64,000 nt of DNA from an uncultured Gammaproteobacteria bacterium. Lineage in GTDB: Bacteria; Pseudomonadota; Gammaproteobacteria; SZUA-229. Of this stretch, positions 59,301-64,000 are shown piece by piece. The stretch covers positions 270-64,269 of the forward strand of contig CAWEEC010000076.1 in the NCBI GenBank assembly GCA_963807785.1, given 5' to 3'. Position 1 is the stretch's first letter; the number at the start of each line of letters is the position of its first letter. Below the pieces are notes generated by a model. It was not told the DNA's origin, searched no databases, and worked only from the letters and a program-made list of their open reading frames with translations. The position numbers and the translations under genes are program-made.

Positions 59301-59723
59301 TCAGCCGGGTGTCGTTTTCAACAATTCGCGCTCGTATTGCTGCTGCAAATCACCGCCCTGGCGATCCGTGTCAGCTTTCATATACGCAGCATCAAGACGC
59401 AGTCTTGGCTTTGCCGCTTGCTGCACGGTTTTCGGGATAAGTGCGTAAACAAATGTGCAGTCAAGCGCATCAGCCGTTTTTTGCATCATTTTCAATGTCA
59501 CTGCACCACGCAGCTCATCTTTCTCCAGTACAGAAATTCTCGCCGGACTGACATGCATTTTTTCTGCGAGTTGCTTTGCCTGCATATTGTGTTGTACGCG
59601 AACGGCCCTGATCCAGCCCTGGTGGGTTGTGGGTATTAGCTTCAAATGCTCGAGCCAGTTGATTGTTGCAGCGTCTGTTGTTGCAGCCCCAGTTGTTGCA
59701 GCCTGTATTGTTGCTTTCGCCAT
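59301..59723 (-). CDS. XRE-type HTH protein resembling mobile mystery protein A (TIGR02612 family)
   Basis: HQGWIRAVRVQHNMQAKQLAEKMHVSPARISVLEKDELRGAVTLKMMQKTADALDCTFVYALIP follows the family pattern GWIRxIRxxLGMSxxQLAxRLGVSxxxVxxLExxExxGxVTLxxLxxxAxALDCxLVYALVP. Confidence 0.6.
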   Translation of the reverse strand: MAKATIQAATTGAATTDAATINWLEHLKLIPTTHQGWIRAVRVQHNMQAKQLAEKMHVSPARISVLEKDELRGAVTLKMMQKTADALDCTFVYALIPKTVQQAAKPRLRLDAAYMKADTDRQGGDLQQQYERELLKTTPG

Positions 59724-59754
59724 GCCATCCCCGAATAAATTTAATATATTTATT

Positions 59755-59776
59755 AAATTAACACATATGTTAATTT
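59755..59776. promoter_or_regulatory. Perfect inverted repeat AAATTAACA-N4-TGTTAATTT upstream of the XRE gene (candidate operator)
   Basis: 9-bp perfect arms 32 bp upstream of the ATG. A second palindrome AATAAAT-N7-ATTTATT lies at 59734..59754. Confidence 0.45.
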
Positions 59777-59838
59777 CTATGCCCGATTAATACCAGAATC
59801 GTCACAACTAGCATTTTGTGCTCAGGCCTTGGCCGTTA

Positions 59839-60447
59839 CTAGCGGATTGTATGCACCATTTCAGCAAGCGTGTGTGCAGGCTGTTCCGCCTCCAGGATAT
59901 CCCTGCCCAGTTGCCGGCTGATCTGGTTGGCGGAAAACAGACCGCTGACCATACCTTTGTCCACCACAACGAGGTACTTCTGCTCGAGATCATGCAATGT
60001 CGCAACAATGTGCCCCACCCTGGCGTCACGCAGGTGACTCATTTCAAGCACCTGAATATTCTTCTGCGGTTGCATCAGCATAGCGACGGTAATCTGGTTA
60101 TGATCCAGCTTCTTATGCCTTGCCAGTCGTATCGGATCATCACCCATAACCTGGTCAGCACTCAACAAGCCAATCATATGGTGCTGGTTATCAACAACCA
60201 GTAACAGGCGAACGCCCGCGTTTTTCATTTTCTGCAATGCATAATCAATCGTCCTGCCAGTGCTAATGGTTACCGGGTAAACACGGCTGAAATCGGTAAA
60301 CACCAGCATCGCAGGATCATGATAATGCACAATTTCGGGTAGCTGTTCGGGACGCTCTATGGAAAGACTGGCCGGTAAGGGGATACAGATCCTGGGAGAA
60401 TAAGCTGACAGCACGATACGTCTCCTGATTGGTGTGGATACAGCCAA
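59839..60447 (-). CDS. CBS-domain pair protein
   Basis: Two CBS-like units are present (...TIDYALQKMKNAGVRLLLVVDNQHHMIGLLSADQV... and ...VGHIVATLHDLEQKYLVVVDKGMVSGLFSANQI). Confidence 0.7.
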   Translation of the reverse strand: MAVSTPIRRRIVLSAYSPRICIPLPASLSIERPEQLPEIVHYHDPAMLVFTDFSRVYPVTISTGRTIDYALQKMKNAGVRLLLVVDNQHHMIGLLSADQVMGDDPIRLARHKKLDHNQITVAMLMQPQKNIQVLEMSHLRDARVGHIVATLHDLEQKYLVVVDKGMVSGLFSANQISRQLGRDILEAEQPAHTLAEMVHTIR

Positions 60448-60481
60448 TATACGCCGATTGAGAAAAATATTACAGCGCCCG

Positions 60482-60889
60482 TTATTCGATCAGGGTATGG
60501 TGGAAATCGTGCACGATGATTCGCTCTACCAGTGGTTTAATATCCTGCTCCACAATCGTTTGATGCAAAGGGTGAACCAGGTACTGTTTCATTGCCGCAA
60601 CATCGCTGAAATAGAAGTAGATACCAACATCGAAACTGTCATCAACGATATCTCGATCACTGTCGATGGCTTCACCCATGCGCACGTCGACAACACCGGG
60701 GATTTTACCCAGGCGATCGGTAGCTGACAGCAGCTGACGTCTGTGCCGAAGCTCACCTGGTTGTTTCAACCAGAGAAAAACAGTATGGATCACACCCTTA
60801 TTACTGAATTCAGCGATGACTGTATCACTGGCAAACAGCATCGAAACTGCAAGCGTAATTACGAGTATATATATCCCGATTGTTTTCAT
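60482..60889 (-). CDS. Dabb (stress-responsive alpha/beta barrel) domain protein with a signal/anchor
   Basis: The ATG at 60889 gives MKTIGIYILVITLAVSMLFA. The sequence then runs IHTVFLWLKQPG...IPGVVDVRMGE...FDVGIYFYFSDVAAMKQYLVHPLHQ. Confidence 0.6.
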   Translation of the reverse strand: MKTIGIYILVITLAVSMLFASDTVIAEFSNKGVIHTVFLWLKQPGELRHRRQLLSATDRLGKIPGVVDVRMGEAIDSDRDIVDDSFDVGIYFYFSDVAAMKQYLVHPLHQTIVEQDIKPLVERIIVHDFHHTLIE

Positions 60890-60979
60890 ATGCTGCAGTA
60901 GCTGGTTCTGTTTCACTATAACGTATTTGAAAAACACAGCATTCCCCTGGCACTCGAACCTCGGCACTTTTCCCTGGTA

Positions 60980-62203
60980 TTAATCGAGCACGTGCGAAAC
61001 CAGGCCATCCGCAAGCTTGGGTTCAAACCAGGTCGATTTAGGCGGCATCACTTCATTCGCGTCAGCAACAGCCATTAATGCTTCCATACTGGTTGGATAC
61101 AATGAGAACGCGACAGCCATCTCGCCACTGTCGACGCGCTTTTCCAGCTCTGCCAGGCCACGAATACCACCGACAAAGTCGATGCGTGAATCAGTACGCG
61201 GATCTGATATACCCAGAATCGGTTCAATTAAATGATTTGCCAGCAGGCTGACATCCAGACTTTGCACCGGGTCATCGGGTATCAATTCTGCGTGTATTTT
61301 CATGCGGAACCACTGACCATCGACATACATGCCAAATTCACCGGGGCCATTGGGTTTAACTGCAGCACTCTCGGTGTTAACGCTAAAAGACGATTCAATT
61401 GTTTTCAGCAACTCTTGCTTTGATAGTCCATTCAGGTCAGTAATTACTCTATTGTAATCCAGGATTTTCATCTGCTTGTGTGGAAAAATTACACACAGAA
61501 AATAATCACTGTTCTGATTACCATCGCCGCCTTTTGTTTTGGCTACACGTGAAGCGGATGCGGATCGATGATGGCCATCAGCAATATAGATGGCTTGCAT
61601 GGCATCAAAAGCTTCGGTCAGTCGCTGTATTGTTGCATCATCATCAACCACCCAGAAAGTATGCTGTACATTATCATCAGCTGTAACATCGACTAGCGGT
61701 TGTGTTTTGGTCACTGCGTCGAGAATGGCATCGATGTCCGCTTGTGATTTATAAGCCAGTAGAACGGGGCCCGTCTGTGCATTCAACGCCTCGATTTGAC
61801 GCACCCGATCATCTTCCTTTGCCGGGCGTGTGTACTCGTGTTTGCGCACGCGGTTAGTATCATAATCAGCGACCGATGCAACAGCTACCAGGCCAGTCTG
61901 TGTGTGTCCATTCATCACCATACGATAGACGTAATAGCATTCCTTGTGTTCACGCATCAGGACACCCTGATCCAGCATGTTGTTAAGATTCTCGGCTGAC
62001 CTGGCGTACACGGCAGGGTCATATGGATCGGTATCTTCCGGCAAATCAATCTCAGCCTTGGAGATATGCAGAAAGCTCCAGGGTCGCCCCCTGGCACGCT
62101 CGCGTGCTTCTGCAGAATTCAGCACATCATAGGGAGGCGCAACAACATCGGCCGCATGTTCAGGGACGGGCCGCAAACCGGCGAAGGGGCGAATAAGTGG
62201 CAT
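60980..62203 (-). CDS. DUF1015-family protein
   Basis: MPLIRPFAGLRPVPEHAADVVAPPYDVLNSAEAR...ADGHHRSASA are characteristic DUF1015 N-terminal and central motifs. Confidence 0.75.
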   Translation of the reverse strand: MPLIRPFAGLRPVPEHAADVVAPPYDVLNSAEARERARGRPWSFLHISKAEIDLPEDTDPYDPAVYARSAENLNNMLDQGVLMREHKECYYVYRMVMNGHTQTGLVAVASVADYDTNRVRKHEYTRPAKEDDRVRQIEALNAQTGPVLLAYKSQADIDAILDAVTKTQPLVDVTADDNVQHTFWVVDDDATIQRLTEAFDAMQAIYIADGHHRSASASRVAKTKGGDGNQNSDYFLCVIFPHKQMKILDYNRVITDLNGLSKQELLKTIESSFSVNTESAAVKPNGPGEFGMYVDGQWFRMKIHAELIPDDPVQSLDVSLLANHLIEPILGISDPRTDSRIDFVGGIRGLAELEKRVDSGEMAVAFSLYPTSMEALMAVADANEVMPPKSTWFEPKLADGLVSHVLD

Positions 62204-62277
62204 AGCTATTTACTATTTTCTGTCAGTTTTCAGGAGCACGGTATTATACAGACACCGGCACTCTGTGCCTGCCGGAA

Positions 62278-63372
62278 TTAGCCCAAGCGAGGAAACAGCA
62301 GGCGACGTAGCGGTTTTATAGCGAGCACAAGCAACAGTATGGCCGATCCCCAGGTAACAGACATCGGCAGCATCATGTTGGCCTCACCCAGCCGAACATC
62401 GACCTGCCATGATGTTACTCGCAGCAAATATTCCAGCACTAAACCCATAGTTACACTGACAACGGATATCCCGCCGAGGTAGACAAGCGTGATCCTGATT
62501 CCCAGTTCCTTGCTGATAAGTGCAAGCCCGGCGATATTGGTGGCCGGTCCAACCAGTAAAAATACCAGTGCTGCCCCCGGTGAGACCCCGGCAAGCATCA
62601 AGCCTGCCGCAACCGGCGTTGAGGCCACCGCGCAAATATACATTGGTACACCGACAGCCAGCATTACCAGCATTGCCAACAGACCCTGACCCCATTGCGC
62701 CAGCCAGCCAGGTGGTATATAGGTCAGCATAATACCGGCAATTACAATACCAACCGCCATCCAGGCGGCGATATCATCGAGCAATTCCGCTGCTGCATAC
62801 CTGATGGCACTGAACAGTTGACCCGGTTTTTCTGTTTTGGCTTGTTCAGTGCCACAGCAAGCTTGCTGCTGTACCGGTTCAGTACCAGCCGCACAACAGG
62901 GCTTGTCGTCGGGATTGGATTGTTGTGTGCAAGCGGGTGAAATTTCTGCAGAACTAGCGGTAACCGCTGCGTTATCGACCAGGGCCGTTAACATTCCTGT
63001 CACCACAGCGCTGATCAATGCCGCTAGCGGGCGATAGACCGCCATCAATGGTCCCATCAGCGCATAGGTTACAGCCACTGAATCAACACTGGTCTCCGGG
63101 GTCGAGATTAGAAACGAAACGGTGGCCTCTTTAGATGCACCGGAGCGGTGTAAACCGATTGCGGCCGGTAAAACACCACAGGAACATAATGGCAACGGCG
63201 CTCCGAACAGCGCCGCCCTGGAAACAGCAGCGAATCCCCTGCCACCGACCCAGCGTTGCATGGTATCTGCAGAAATATAGGATTTTATCAATCCTGCAGC
63301 AAGCAATCCCAAAAGTAACCAGAAGGCTGTATCCAGAAAAACAGCCCAGATATTCGTGATTAACTCAAACAT
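62278..63372 (-). CDS. Permease of the PF03773 family (SO_0444-like putative Cu/Zn efflux transporter)
   Basis: ALFGAPLPLCSCGVLPAAIGLHRSGASKEATVSFLISTPETSVDS, with a Cys-rich central loop (KPCCAAGTEPVQQQACCG). Confidence 0.7.
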   Translation of the reverse strand: MFELITNIWAVFLDTAFWLLLGLLAAGLIKSYISADTMQRWVGGRGFAAVSRAALFGAPLPLCSCGVLPAAIGLHRSGASKEATVSFLISTPETSVDSVAVTYALMGPLMAVYRPLAALISAVVTGMLTALVDNAAVTASSAEISPACTQQSNPDDKPCCAAGTEPVQQQACCGTEQAKTEKPGQLFSAIRYAAAELLDDIAAWMAVGIVIAGIMLTYIPPGWLAQWGQGLLAMLVMLAVGVPMYICAVASTPVAAGLMLAGVSPGAALVFLLVGPATNIAGLALISKELGIRITLVYLGGISVVSVTMGLVLEYLLRVTSWQVDVRLGEANMMLPMSVTWGSAILLLVLAIKPLRRLLFPRLG

Positions 63373-63464
63373 AATAATATTATACGCGCTTCAGCATATA
63401 ACCACGCTTGCGCTGCATGTACCTGGTTTGTACCTTTCTGCAAGCTTGCCACAACAAGCTGCTG

Positions 63465-64000
63465 CTAGCGCACGATCAGCAATGGACAGTTAAGATTATT
63501 AAGACTGCGCTTAAGTGATGGTGTCTGCAACAAGGCACTGTCGCGCTCGAGTATCAATACTGCACTGTTAGTATCCGCCAGTATTTCAATCAGGTCGAGC
63601 AGGGAACCATCTACCAGGCGAATGAAATGAGCGCCGCCCGCATCCACGCCTAACTGCTTTATTGCAAGCGCCTGCAAACGTCCAAGCTCGACCTCATTTC
63701 CAGCTGGCAACAGTATATGAAGTACCTTGCGCGGATCTGTGGCAACACTGATTGCAGTCTCAAGCGCGCGTACTGATGCTTCGCTGCCGGTAAACAGCAC
63801 ACTTACACCCGTGGCCCTGGTGCGCAATGACGGTATTTGCATTAACTCCGCGCCCATGCGTGTTAACGCCAGCACATCAGCCTGAAGATCAGCCGATAGC
63901 AGATCACTGTCAATCGAGCCGCGCCAGATACGAAATGACCAGGACACATTATGCTGTGCTGCCAGCTCGCCGAGTGAACGTTCAGCCCGGCGAGCCAGCA
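63465..64000 (-). CDS. C-terminal part of a protein ending in a universal-stress-protein-like domain; the frame is open to the right edge
   Basis: The frame stays open through 64000 (the listed start at 63947 is only an internal GTG). The ending ...AVLILERDSALLQTPSLKRSLNNLNCPLLIVR is Usp-like. Confidence 0.35.
   Translation of the reverse strand, partial: LARRAERSLGELAAQHNVSWSFRIWRGSIDSDLLSADLQADVLALTRMGAELMQIPSLRTRATGVSVLFTGSEASVRALETAISVATDPRKVLHILLPAGNEVELGRLQALAIKQLGVDAGGAHFIRLVDGSLLDLIEILADTNSAVLILERDSALLQTPSLKRSLNNLNCPLLIVR

Noticed and set aside
1-64000. tRNA, rRNA, integrase, transposase or CRISPR-cas content
   Set aside because: I looked for T-loop-like GGTTCGAATCC motifs, rRNA-like segments, regular direct repeats and recombinase-like ORFs on both strands and found none.

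Overview
Most of this 64 kb window (about 1.46-64 kb) looks like ordinary chromosome from a Gammaproteobacteria-like organism. Taxonomy is judged only from gene content and synteny. The backbone is housekeeping and stress genes: nrdA-nrdB (with NrdR and DnaA boxes), metH, gshA, fabA-fabB, rimO, tcdA, rnd, gloA, tag, uup, bpt, oxyR, bfd-bfr-bfr and arsC. Also present are a MacAB-like ABC/HlyD export operon, a PotD-like binding protein paired with a GGDEF-EAL protein, and many small conserved-domain proteins. I found no rRNA, tRNA, CRISPR array, integrase, transposase or prophage genes.

Observations worth a second look:
1. The leftmost ~1.4 kb is not bacterial in character. It encodes a formin FH2-domain protein interrupted by two GT-AG introns, and it abuts a truncated bacterial EAL domain. 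This is probably an assembly chimera.
2. A palindromic, MITE-like repeat family occurs at five intergenic loci. In one pair of copies the 37-nt loop is inverted.
3. There are unusually many single-nucleotide frameshifts, in about a dozen genes.
4. A MotA/ExbB-like protein is paired with a MotB/ExbD-like protein carrying a long coiled coil, and the pair is flanked by uncharacterised secreted proteins.
5. Two tandem HCxGMCGG membrane paralogs with His-rich tails are translationally coupled to a sensor-less sigma-54 activator, followed by arsC.
6. A Sec-signal protein ends in a type IV pilin head domain but lacks the pilin N-terminal helix.
7. An orphan mobile-mystery-protein-A gene is present without its usual partner.

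All functional calls come from reading the translated ORFs by eye. No database search was run.
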